Positions 33,471-43,902 of a stretch of DNA of 64,000 nucleotides are shown here, piece after piece. Position numbers and translations under genes: made by a program. The first letter of the stretch is position 1, and every line of letters starts with the position of its first letter. The notes beneath the pieces were generated by a model. That model did no database searches. It worked only from the letters and a program-made list of their open reading frames with translations, and was not told the DNA's origin. Origin of the DNA: Macrostomum hystrix (Eukaryota; Animalia; Platyhelminthes); contig CATNEN010000041.1 in the NCBI GenBank assembly GCA_950097015.1, positions 992,001 through 1,056,000 on the forward strand, given 5' to 3'.

Positions 33471-34556
33471 ATGCAGGCGCTGCCCGGACAGTTCCTGGAC
33501 CTGCCGGGGCTGCTGACCTCGGGCACCGTGCTGGCCACCGGTTCCATTCTGAACGGCATGAACATCTGCCAGCTGCCGGAGCTGCTGGTGCGCCAGAACC
33601 ACACCCGCTTCACCACATTCTTCTCCGTGCTGCAGTTCCTCTGCGGCCTGCTGTCCATCCTGGTCGGCTTCCTGGGCATCATCGTTTCCACCATCCGCAT
33701 CCGCAAGAAGTCCATCATCAGCAACCTGCTGTTCGCCTCCGCGCTGGCAATCCTGTCCGCCATCTGCCTCACAGTCGGCGCCCTCGAGACCAAGGAAACC
33801 TGGAGCGACGCCCGCTCCTCCATCGACAACTTCGCCAAGATTCTCATGAACTTCGTGAACACAGTGTGCTCGGTGTGTCTCTGCATCGCCCTAACCAGGC
33901 GAATTCACCGCTACCGCGACTACGTGGTCTGCCGCTTCGAGAACTTCCGCCTGCCCGTGGTCGTCTGCACCGCCGTCATCATCACCACCTCCATCGCCAG
34001 CCTGAGCTCGTTCGCCTCCGGGGTGCTGCTCTCGGTCAGCAACAAGACCAACTACGCCGGCGGCCTGCACATGGGGATCCTGGGCCTGGCGCTGGGCCTC
34101 ACAATGGTGCTGAACCTGAAACTCACCGTACACCAGAGCAGCACCATCGCCTGCCTGCTGCTGGCCGCCTTCGCCCTGCTCAGCTCCGGGGCTGCGGCAT
34201 ACACCGAGAACCTCGAACTGGAGGCCGTGGTCGGTCGCAAGAAGACTCAGAAGCTTCAGTACGGCTTCATAATCAAGGCAGCGGTGGTGTACTTCTCCGC
34301 CCTGCTGAACATCACCACCATCGGCGCCCTAGTGCCCTGCCAGTTCCTCAGGCTCTGGCACATCGCCGTCATCGAGCGCAGCCCGTCGGAGCCGGAGGAC
34401 GGCAACCTGCCGCTCCAGTCCTTCAACCAGCCGGCCTCTCCGCAGCTGCAGTTTGACCTGAACGCCTCCGCCAATCACAATGACCTGCTGCGGCCAAGCG
34501 GCGGCCCGGTCCGCTGCCAGCCGCAGTTGGTCCCCGTGGGAGCCGCTGCCTACTGA
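33471..34556 (+). CDS. Intronless multi-pass membrane protein (~8 TM, 361 aa), possibly two tandem CD20/MS4A-like four-helix modules
   Basis: Single ORF with the same strong C/G third-position bias as neighbouring genes; eight hydrophobic segments and a Pro/Gln-rich C-terminal tail. Family inferred only from G-rich TM2-like motifs. Confidence 0.8.
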   Translation: MQALPGQFLDLPGLLTSGTVLATGSILNGMNICQLPELLVRQNHTRFTTFFSVLQFLCGLLSILVGFLGIIVSTIRIRKKSIISNLLFASALAILSAICLTVGALETKETWSDARSSIDNFAKILMNFVNTVCSVCLCIALTRRIHRYRDYVVCRFENFRLPVVVCTAVIITTSIASLSSFASGVLLSVSNKTNYAGGLHMGILGLALGLTMVLNLKLTVHQSSTIACLLLAAFALLSSGAAAYTENLELEAVVGRKKTQKLQYGFIIKAAVVYFSALLNITTIGALVPCQFLRLWHIAVIERSPSEPEDGNLPLQSFNQPASPQLQFDLNASANHNDLLRPSGGPVRCQPQLVPVGAAAY

Positions 34557-35804
34557 GGACAGGTCCTCAGCTGCTGCTCATTGTCAGACTCTTCCCCCGC
34601 CCATGTTCTGTTATTTAATCCCCAGCTTTTTGTCCCTCATTTTCACCTCCCGCTTTCTTCTTCAGCGCAGAAGCGTCGCGCCGCTCTTGCAGCAGCTCAG
34701 CTCCATGTCACCCGCCTCATCGCCTGTCTCTGGTACGAGTTACTCTCGCTTCCCGAATTGCTAGTCTATGTTAAATTGGGCATGCTCTGCCTGTGTTTGC
34801 TAACTACATGATAACAAATGCTAAGATTATGTACACACCTGCACGCGACACTAATTCATATCCCAATTAGATTCAACAGAAATGGCATAGTATTTAAGCT
34901 TAGAAATTTGTCAAATTCTCTGCTGCCTTTGTTTCTGTTTTCTCTGCCAGAAAGCGGCCAAACTGCCGAGATTTTTCAGCTCCAGGCGGCTCAAGGCTCT
35001 GCGGCTGAATAAGCTGCTGGAGGGGGAACAAAGGGAAAATATTTCAGACTGGGATAAGGGAGGGATGGACGGTGGCTGAGGGAATGAACAAAATCAATGC
35101 TAAGTGCCGAAAATCAATGCTCATTTCCCGTCTGTAAGCTCTGGGGAGTTTAATCCCCCTGCGTAACTGGGCTCATCAGCACGGAACTGGGGGCACAGTT
35201 CCCAGTCCACCTGGCGGGCTTGTGAAGCAATCCGAATGAAAGCAGAAAGTCTTGGGGCCTCCAATCTCTGGCTGTCTTTGAAGTCCCGCTCTCAAATAAA
35301 TCAGCGAGCCGCGGGCCCGCTGCACTTTCCACTTTCACTCCCAGCAATGACCCGGCTTGGGCGGATCAGGGCGGAAGGCTTCTTAGGGAGAAAGGGGGCG
35401 AAATGGAAAGTTGGGGACCGTGGCGCGGGTTCTGCCACTCAATTCTAATAAATTGAAAACCCTCCGGACAGGCGCCAAAGCAGCCCCGGCCGAGACCCGG
35501 GCACGAGAATTGGACTTGCGGGCTCAGATGAAGTCGCCTCAGTCTATAAATATCCCCTCACCACTTCCCAGAGACCACCCGCCCCTCCCTCACTCTCATC
35601 TTCTCACTCCCCATCCGGGAGAGCGGAAACACGAGAAGCTGCGCGGAGTTGAGAATGAAAATGCGACTCAAAAAATATTGACTTCGCTGTTGCTGCACAG
35701 CAAGCGAAAAGCCGGTGACCGAAAAAAGCTGCGCTTGAGAACTGCGGCTGAGTCCACGTGCTCTGAAGTGCAGGGCTCTTATCTTGCTTATTGTGCTCGG
35801 GAGA

Positions 35805-36880
35805 TGAGACTAGAGTGGGAGATTAGATGGGAGTGGAGTGGGAGATTGGATGGGAGTGGAGTGCGAGATTGGATGGGGGTGGAGTGGGAGATTGGATGGG
35901 AGTGGAGTGGGAGATTGGATGGGAGTAGAGTGGGAGATTGGATGGGAGTGGAGTGCGAGATTAGATGGGAGTGGAGTGGGAGATTGGATGGGAGTGGAGT
36001 GGGAGATTGGATGGGAGTGGAGTGCGAGATTGGATGGGAGTGGAGTGCGAGATTGGATGGGAGTAGATAAGGGGATTGGATGTGAATAGAGTGGGAGATT
36101 GGATATGAATAGAGTGGGAGATTGGATGGGAGTGGAGTGGGAGATTGGATGGGAGTGGAGTGGGAGATTGGATGGGAGTAGATAAGGGGATTGGATGGGA
36201 GTAGAGTGGGAGATTGGATGGGAGTGGAGTGCGAGATTGGATAAAAGTGGAGTGCGAGATTAGATGGGAGTAGATAAGGGGATTGGATGTGAATAGAGTG
36301 GGAGATTGGATGGGAGTGGAGTGCGAGATTGGATGGGAGTGGAGTGGGAGATTGGATGGGAGTAGAGTGGGAGATTGGATGGGAGTGGAGTGCGAGATTG
36401 GATAAAAGTGGAGTGCGAGATAAGATGGGAGTAGATAAGGGGATTGGATGTGAATAGAGTGGGAGATTGGATGGGAGTGGAGTGCGAGATTGGATGGGAG
36501 TGGAGTGCGAGATTGGATGGGAGTAGATAAGGGGATTGGATGTGAATAGAGTGGGAGATTGGATGGGAGTGGAGTGGGAGATTGGATGGAAGAAGAGTGG
36601 GAGATTGGATGGGAGTGGAGTGGGAGATTGGATGGGAGTGGAGTGGGAGATTGGATGGAAGAAGAGTGGGAGATTGGATGGGAGTGGAGTGGGAGATTGG
36701 ATGGGAGTGGAGTGGGAGATTGGATGGAAGAAGAGTGGGAGATTGGATGGGAGTGGAGTGGGAGATTGGATGGGAGTAGACTGGGAGATTGGATGGGAGT
36801 GGAGTGGGAGATTGGATGGAAGAAGAGTGAGAGATTGGATGGGAGTGGAGTGGGAGATTGGATGGAAGATGGGCTGGGAA
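35805..36880. repeat. 23-bp purine-rich minisatellite (GAGTGGAGTGGGAGATTGGATGG)
   Basis: About 1.07 kb of tandem copies with variants. Confidence 0.95.
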
Positions 36881-37329
36881 AGAGATTAGGTGGGAAGAGA
36901 TGTGATGGGAAGCGATGCGGTGGTTAGAGCCATGTTGGGAAAGTTGGGGAAAAAGCTGAGCAAATGCCTTGTCAAAGAGAAATGACGGTTCACAAGGTTT
37001 TTGCAAATATTTTATGGATAGCTCAGCAAGAGCTGCTCTGTCACTAGGAGCGCATTGTCCAGTTAATAATGCACCGAGGCTCCGCTCGGGCGCACAAGGA
37101 GCCCACAACGACAACAGAGCTCGAGCATTCGATCTCAGACGCGAGCTCCTTGACCCCAGACGCCCCGGTGCCACGGCATGCGAAGCAATTATGCCGCACC
37201 GCCGGCGGAGTGGAAGCTCCTCTCCTCGCAGGCAGCCGAGCGCCTCATTCATCTGCCGCTCTGCCTTATCGCTTCCCCTGTCCTCTCGGCCTCCCAAACA
37301 CAGAATTTCTGACTTCTGGCCGCGAGCCC

Positions 37330-37620
37330 CTCCCCACAACCAATCAGGCCCGGAAACCTCTGAATCCTATCGATCGCACTAAAAGATGCGACAAGATTCC
37401 CTCTCCGTATGGGAGCTTTTAGAGGGCCAGCGAAATCCAATAAAGGCCTGCTCTGTGCGTGTTCTGCGGAATTTCTCACGGGTTCGTGAGCGAAAGGTTC
37501 GCGCCGCCGGATCTGACGGCCCCCCGGGAGTTGCTTGCAGCTTTCTATAAAAAGAGGCAAACCTTCTGAGCCGCCGGCACTTTTATTAATTGCTGCACAC
37601 TTCCGGGAAAAATGGCGCTC
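37330..37620 (+). promoter_or_regulatory. Promoter-like motif cluster: CCAAT boxes (~37337, ~37438), TATAAAA (~37545), ETS-type CTTCCGG and YY1-type AAAATGGCG (~37600-37618)
   Basis: Motifs read directly in canonical order; the downstream transcript is not identified. Confidence 0.35.
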
Positions 37621-37794
37621 GATACGAAAAAGGTTTCATGAACTATACGTGATCACGTGACCGTATAGTTGTGTTAGGTCTTAATCCTTGATCTGCCTAA
37701 GGGATCACTTGATTGTTAAGCCTCGTAGTCTCATTGTCCCATAATCTTCATCGAGTCACTCTGCTATTCTTGGTGTTTTTCTTTTGTCCTCTAA

Positions 37795-38012
37795 AATGAT
37801 CACGTGACCATCAGGCGCCCAGTGTTTTTGTTTCATAAAGATCACGTGACCATCGGGCGCCGTGTTTTGGTTTTATAAAGATCACGTGACCATCGGGCGC
37901 ACAGTGTTTTTGTTTTATAAAGATCACGTGACCATTGGGCGCCGTGTTTTTGTTTCATAAAGATCACGTGACCATCAGGCGCCGTGTTTTTGTTTTATAA
38001 AGATCACGTGAC
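37795..38012. repeat. 40-42-bp tandem repeat, each unit containing GATCACGTGAC (E-box/CLEAR-like)
   Basis: Six units plus a seventh ATCACGTGAC near 37652 inside an inverted repeat. Confidence 0.9.
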
Positions 38013-38874
38013 TATTTAATTTGCTTAGTCTTCGAAATTAAAAGTCTATAAGCGAAAAAGGAAATTTCAGGCAGCATTGAAGTGAACTTTTCAACGTATA
38101 ATTTTTATATTTATTCCCAGAAATCATTGAACTCAATGCAGCAGCAGCTCAGTCAGTGAGTACAAAAAATTTAAACAGCAGTAGGCGAAAAGCGCAGGTG
38201 CTGCAGAAATTGGCCAGCAAAGCAAAACAGGCAGCGCAGGAGAATGAAGCTGAAAGTTGAAAAAATGAACAGAAATCGGAAAAAAAATCTAGAGGAGATA
38301 AGAGCGGAGAGGCTGGGGAGCTGAAGCGAAGGGGGATAAAGGGATAAATGAGTCCGGGGAGCAGGTTGGTGAAACACTAGACAGACGGGAGGGGGCGGAG
38401 CGAAGCGGCGCTGCAGAGTTGTGAGCCGGGCTGAGTAGGGCTGAGCAGGGCTGAGCAGGTCTGAGCCGTGGCTCAGTTTGCAAAGCCAGGGATTTGCAAT
38501 TTGCCAGCCTCACAAAAAGGCAAGTCTATCAGTGCCTCTCTTCACCGCCACCCCACTCCGCTGAGAGCTCCTGCTGGCCTGAGCAAACAAGGCGGGGAGG
38601 AAAAGAAGTCCCAGGTGACATTTCGCACGAGTGCGCATTTCCTCAGCGGCGGGGAGAGGCCACAGTTGCCAGCGAATTGCCGAGGGGAACCGAGGGAAAC
38701 TTTCACTTTCAAGCAAAAGTAAAATATGCTCACAGCGGGGGCTTCCCGCAGCCGACAACTCTGAGGGCTCGAAATCTTGCGGTTCTCATACTTTTGGCTG
38801 CATCAGAGCTCGGAGAGGGGCAACAGGGGGTCAGAAGCCGATGAGTCAAGTGGGTCATGAGGGGTCAAATGGGG

Positions 38875-41089
38875 TCAGGGGTCATCGGGCCTGGACTCGC
38901 CCGACCTGGCCAGCAGTTCGTGAATGTAGGTGTCTCCGGAGTCCTCGGCCAGCTGGAGGGCCGTGCGGCCGCCCATGCTGAGCCCGGGATCAGCTCCGTG
39001 CTCAAGCAAGTAGGAGACCAGCTGGCTGTGGCCTGCGGGCGGCGGGGTGCAAGGTTTGTGAGTCTTCTTCAGCTTTCCGCTCACACTTCCCCGCTTCTCC
39101 CCTCACACTCTTCCCCACTTCTCCCCTCAAAATTCTCTTATTTCTTTCCTAATTGCTAATATATTATCTTCCCCAAATATCACCTTTCTGTTCTAAAATT
39201 CTCCCATTACACATTAAACTACTTCTGTATTCTTATCCCAAATTCTCCCCTCATAGTTCTAGAATTCTCCCCTCATAGTTCTAGAATTCTCCCACTGTTT
39301 CTCATCCCCAACCAGAGCACTGACCGTACATGACGGCTAAATGCAGCGGAGTGCAGTGGTCACAGAGCGGGTTCGCCAGGTTCACGTCGGCCCTGCCGTG
39401 CTGGACCAGCAGCTCGGCCAGCTGCAGGTTGCCAGCGGTGGCCGCCAGATGAAGGGCGCTGTTGCCGGTGTCCGAAGGGGCGTCAACTGGCGGGTTCGGC
39501 TGCAGACGCTTGAGCAGGTACCTGAGCGTTCTCATCTGGGGCGCATTGTCCTTGCTGCGCTGGGCGCAGGTGACACTCAGGAAGATGAGGTTGCGGCTCT
39601 GCCCATCGCGGAATGTCATCGGGTCGATCTTGCCGCTCAGGCAGAAATAGTGCAGCACTTCAACATAGCCTTGCCTGCAAAAAGTTTTAATAATTTTTGT
39701 GAAATTAGCAATGCATATTCTCTACTTGCTACTGCCGTAGGTCAGTAAAGTATTCTGACTTTCGACGCGCATTAGATTTGTTTGGAGACGACAAACTCCC
39801 AGGGTAGTAATTCTTAATGAAGAAGGAATGCACAAGCAGATATCAGTCACAATGTGACCTACTTACTCAACGCACACATATCTGACTGTGTGCGTTAACT
39901 GACCCATTTCAAGAGATAAAAACCACTAAGGCACTTGAGTTTTAGCTTTCAACCTTTTGAGTTCATTTTTTGCTTTTAAATCGAACTCTGCTGACAGATT
40001 TTTCTTCGGTTTGTTAAGAACAAACTGGCAAAGCCAACTACGAGCCAACTCGTAACATTCAACTGGGATTTTAATTGGACACAGTGGGAACAAAGACTAA
40101 TTTGGGATTCTGATTGGTCACAGTGGAGAACAAAGACTCATTTGGGGTTCTGATTGGTCACAGTAGGAACAAAGACTCATTTAGGATTCTGATTGGTTAC
40201 CGTGGAGAACAAAGACTCACTGGACGCAGCGGACCACTCGACCCTCCAGCCGGTCGCCGAAGCCGGGCACTTCAGTCGGTGGCGGCCGAAAGTCGCCGCG
40301 ATCGACCACAGCCCGATAAAAGTCGGCCACGGCAGTCCAGACGGAGCAGAGGGCGAAGCTGCGCAGGGCAAGCAGCCACTCGACGTGCTGCCGGACATCC
40401 GTGGCCAGCCGGACGTCGGTGAGGAGTCGGCGACAGTCGGCGTGCGACCGGCCGGCGGTGAGGGTGTCCAGGTGGTCCAAGAAGGTGTGCGCGCCACGGG
40501 CCGACAGCAGGCGGTCGGGGAATTCGCGGAACACCGCGGACAGAAGGCGGCGCAGCTCGGACTGAGGTACCGGGGCTCCAGAGCCGGCCTTGATGGCGAA
40601 GGCCAGCTGGTCCAGCAATAAGCTGTGCTCCAGGCTGAACAGCTCCCGCTTCCTCTGGTCGGGAAAGGCGGTGAGCCAGAAGTGCGCCAGATCGACGAAG
40701 TGGTCGTCCCGGAGGCACCAGTCGGAGAGGCTGGCCAGCTGGCTGTTGGCCCGGCTCAGCAGTTGCGCAACACAGTCCGCATCGACTCGAACCAGCAGGC
40801 TGGCGAGGCTGTCAGAGGTGGCCACCGGTGGCAGCAGCTTCTTGGCGGCCGCAGCGGCGCCGGGGGATTTCAGTTTAGCTTTGCTGACTCTTTGCTGGGG
40901 CAGCGGCGGCGGCGATGGCGGTGGCTGCGGCAGCAGCGGGTGGCGCGCGCTGAGCACGGTGTCCGGCCGCAGGATCGACGCCGCGTAGGCCTCGTTGTCG
41001 TCGGAGTCGCCGGAGTCATCGGACAGGCCGCGGCCGGCCAGGCGGGACACGCAGATCAGCTCGCGGAGGTCCTTCACGCCACGGCTCAT
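38875..41089 (-). CDS. Uncharacterised protein with an N-terminal helical domain and C-terminal ankyrin repeats, 3 coding exons, ~458 aa
   Basis: Exons 41089-40221, 39674-39325, 39032-38875 (1377 nt, in phase). Ankyrin motifs GNSALHLAATAGNLQLAELLVQHGRADVN, TPLHLAVMYGHSQLVSYLLEHGADP, GRTALQLA. Start GCCATG at 41089 assumed; a splice acceptor at 41221-41222 lies upstream. Confidence 0.82.
40075..40220. repeat. ~40-bp tandem repeat (about 4 copies) starting exactly at the splice donor of ankyrin-gene intron 1
   Basis: Unit CAGTGGAGAACAAAGACTCATTTGGGGTTCTGATTGGTCA; the last copy ends GACTCAC, the functional GTGAGTC donor. Confidence 0.85.
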
Positions 41090-42354
41090 GGCTAAGGCGC
41101 TGGGGATCTTGTTTGGGGGGCTGTGGCTGTGGGAGCGGTCTGCCCTCACGCGGTCGGAGATTGGCGAAGTTGGCAACGGCGGCGACTCGCGCCGGGCCCG
41201 AGATGGCTGGGCCGGTGGCGCTGCGGAAGAAAAACAAATTTGACACAAATATAAACTTAATTAATTAATTTCATTCATTAAAGTAAATAGTTGTCAACTA
41301 CTGACAGTAGCTTGAATGGATATTTAAACCTGACAAGTAGCATGAAACTATGTTTCTTTAAGCTCCCGTGAGCAGCTAAATGGGAAAGTAGTAAACCTAG
41401 TAAAATAGGCTTAACATGCGCAACATCTATGCCAACTACTGACAGTATTTTAATAGGTTTTTTTAGGGATATTTTAAGCGGTAGTACCGCGAAAGAAGAG
41501 ATTTAAAGTCAATTATTGTAGACAGATTAAGAGACAAAGGAATTTTGATTCAGCACTTTACTTCTCTGTTTTTATTCTCAGCATCATCCATTGGCTAGTT
41601 GTCACAAAGTTGTTAATTGTTTTGCTGAAAGTCCAATTTAACGTTAATCTTGAGTAAAAATTATTCAGAAATTGTGTGCAAAGCCACAGTTTAAAGTGAC
41701 AAAAATTTAAGACAAAAAATAATATTTTAGAGAGTGCAGCAGATGACGGCCTATTTACAATGCGCAGTTGCGATTACAACTCGGGTAACATTGTAACAAG
41801 GTCGGTTGGGGCAACAGAAATTATGGAACACCTCAGCAGACGGTGGATATACAATTGCATGAGGCTTTGACGACATCAACATAAGCATTGTGATGAACAA
41901 CTGCATAGCAACAGAATGGCTGCGCCAGACAAGTCAATGTGAAAAATAATAATATAGGACAGCAACAAGATCTAAAATTTGAAAGATTGAACCTCTTGGA
42001 TTTTTATAATTAGTTTTAGCCCGTATACACAAATCATGAAATAGAAAAAGAACACTATCCAGGCTCTGGAGTTGCTAAGCGTGCTAGTGCTAAAAGTACA
42101 TTTGTTTGGTTTGCCACTCTTTACATTCGATAACCGGGCGGCTGAGGTCATCCTGGATGGCAAATTAGAGGCGGCTCGCACGGATTGCTCATTGGTGACG
42201 CAAAATTATGCCAATTAACACCTGACTGACCTCACGGGTTCAAGAACTGCCGACTAAGGACTTAGGGAGGCCAAGGTAACTTCAGGTCTTTCAGGTAACT
42301 TCAGGTCTTTCAAGTAACTTCAGGTTCACCTCATGGGATCTGAAGGTCAGCAGC

Positions 42355-43902
42355 TTAGAGGTCGCGGTCTGCCAAGTCCTGCTCCCTCGGAGGCGCATCT
42401 TCATCGCCGTAGTAATAGTACGACGGCGACGGCGAGGACGGCGACGACGAGGACGGCGACGGCGAGGACGGCGACGACGGCGACAGCGACGGCGAAGATG
42501 GCGGTGACGGCGAGGCGACACTATCAGCGTCGGCGGCGATGGCAGATTCGACAGCGATTATCGAACTGTTCGCAGCGCTAGTTGGGCTGTCGGCACTGAC
42601 GACCTGCTTGGCTATCGGGCCGGCTGCACTAAAGTCCACGGCGGGTTTCTCCGCTGCGCCGGCGGCGGTTAATGATGCTTCCTCGGGCGAGGCGGCGAGA
42701 ATCCGTCGCCCAGTGGCTGGTCTGGCGGCGGCGGTCGCCGGATCGCCAGCACCCGGACCGGCTGCCAGCAGGGGGCCGAGCTGGGGAGTGAGGAACAGGG
42801 CGAATGACAGGCAGAGGATGAACAGGCCAGTGCCGGTGGCTTTGCCAGCCGTGGAGGTCAGGCTGAGGCCGGAGCAGCGCAGGAAGGCCTGGAGACGCCG
42901 GACAGCGCCAAGGAGGCGGCGGTTCTGCTGCTCCAGGCCCGCACAGCGGTCGCGGAGGGCGGCGTTCTCCACAGCCGAGCCTTTCACGCGGAGCTCCAGA
43001 CCGCGGACATACTCCTAAGGGTCAGGGGCGGGGTCCGTCAGGTTACTCGGAATGGTGGGTCAGTTCAGCTGTGAGCAGCTTCTGAAAGCCCAGCAGCTGC
43101 TCCTCACCTGCTTCTTGGCGCGGCTGTTCTTGGCGGAGATTTTGTTCCGGATCTTCCGCCGCACCGTCCTCAGGACGCGCATCTCCTCGCGGGTGAGCGG
43201 GAAGTGGCTGGGGAGGACGGCGCCCAGCTGCCTGGCCACCCGCTGCTCCTCCGCCGTCAGCAACAGCGGCTCGCCGGGCCGGCCCTCAATTTGGCCACCA
43301 CCAAGGCCGGAGCCGTCATCGTCATCGCCGTCGTCCCAGGTGACGCCGCCACCTCCGTACAGGGCGAGATCGTCGTCTTCGAGATCGCCAATCGAATAGG
43401 GCAGCTGGGCGAGCTGCCGCTTGCGCCGCTTGCCCCCGCTGACGCTGCCGCCGGCACCGCTGCCGATGCCACCAGTGACGCCGCCGCGCAGCGGACCCGG
43501 CGAGTGATTTGAAGCCTCAGGCGGCGGGCCGAGCTCGTAACTGGCATGCCCGAGAGCCTCAGCGCCCGACAGGAACGAGTCCAGGTCGAAGGGCAGCAGA
43601 TCGTCGGAGCCGACGCCGGCGCCGCTGGCACCGCTGGAGGAGCAGCCGGCGAAACTGCCGAAGGCACTGTCGCTAGCGCTGCCGCTGCCCTGACTGTCTG
43701 GCGGCGAGGGCTCCGGCTGCTGGCTGAAGTCGTTAAGTACATCGAAGGCGGCATCGACAAGGATATCGTCCTGAACGGCATCAACAGTAGCTGACAGGGC
43801 CTGGTCGCAGGCCAGAATTCCATCCGCCTGATTGAAGAGCAGATGGAGAACGTCGTCTGTGGTTGCCGCCGATGCAGACGCTGCCACAGCGACAGAGGTC
43901 AT
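42355..43902 (-). CDS. CREB3: CREB3-family ER membrane-bound bZIP transcription factor, 2 coding exons, ~484 aa
   Basis: Exons 43902-43108 and 43014-42355. Basic region FPLTREEMRVLRTVRRKIRNKISAKNSRAKKQ|EYVRGLE, leucine zipper, TM GLFILCLSFALFLTP, luminal RRIL (RxxL site-1 protease motif). Paralogue-level identity not resolvable. Confidence 0.87.

Noticed and set aside
33299-33886. 195-aa minus-strand ORF
   Set aside because: Antisense to the 8-TM gene, with no family motifs.
36260-37339. 359-aa minus-strand ORF with HSHPISHSTPIQ repeats
   Set aside because: Mostly the 23-bp satellite; the unique part shows no codon bias or motif.
37795-38012. CRISPR-like repeat-spacer array
   Set aside because: Whole units are repeated with no unique spacers, there are no cas genes and the context is eukaryotic; the same applies to all other arrays.
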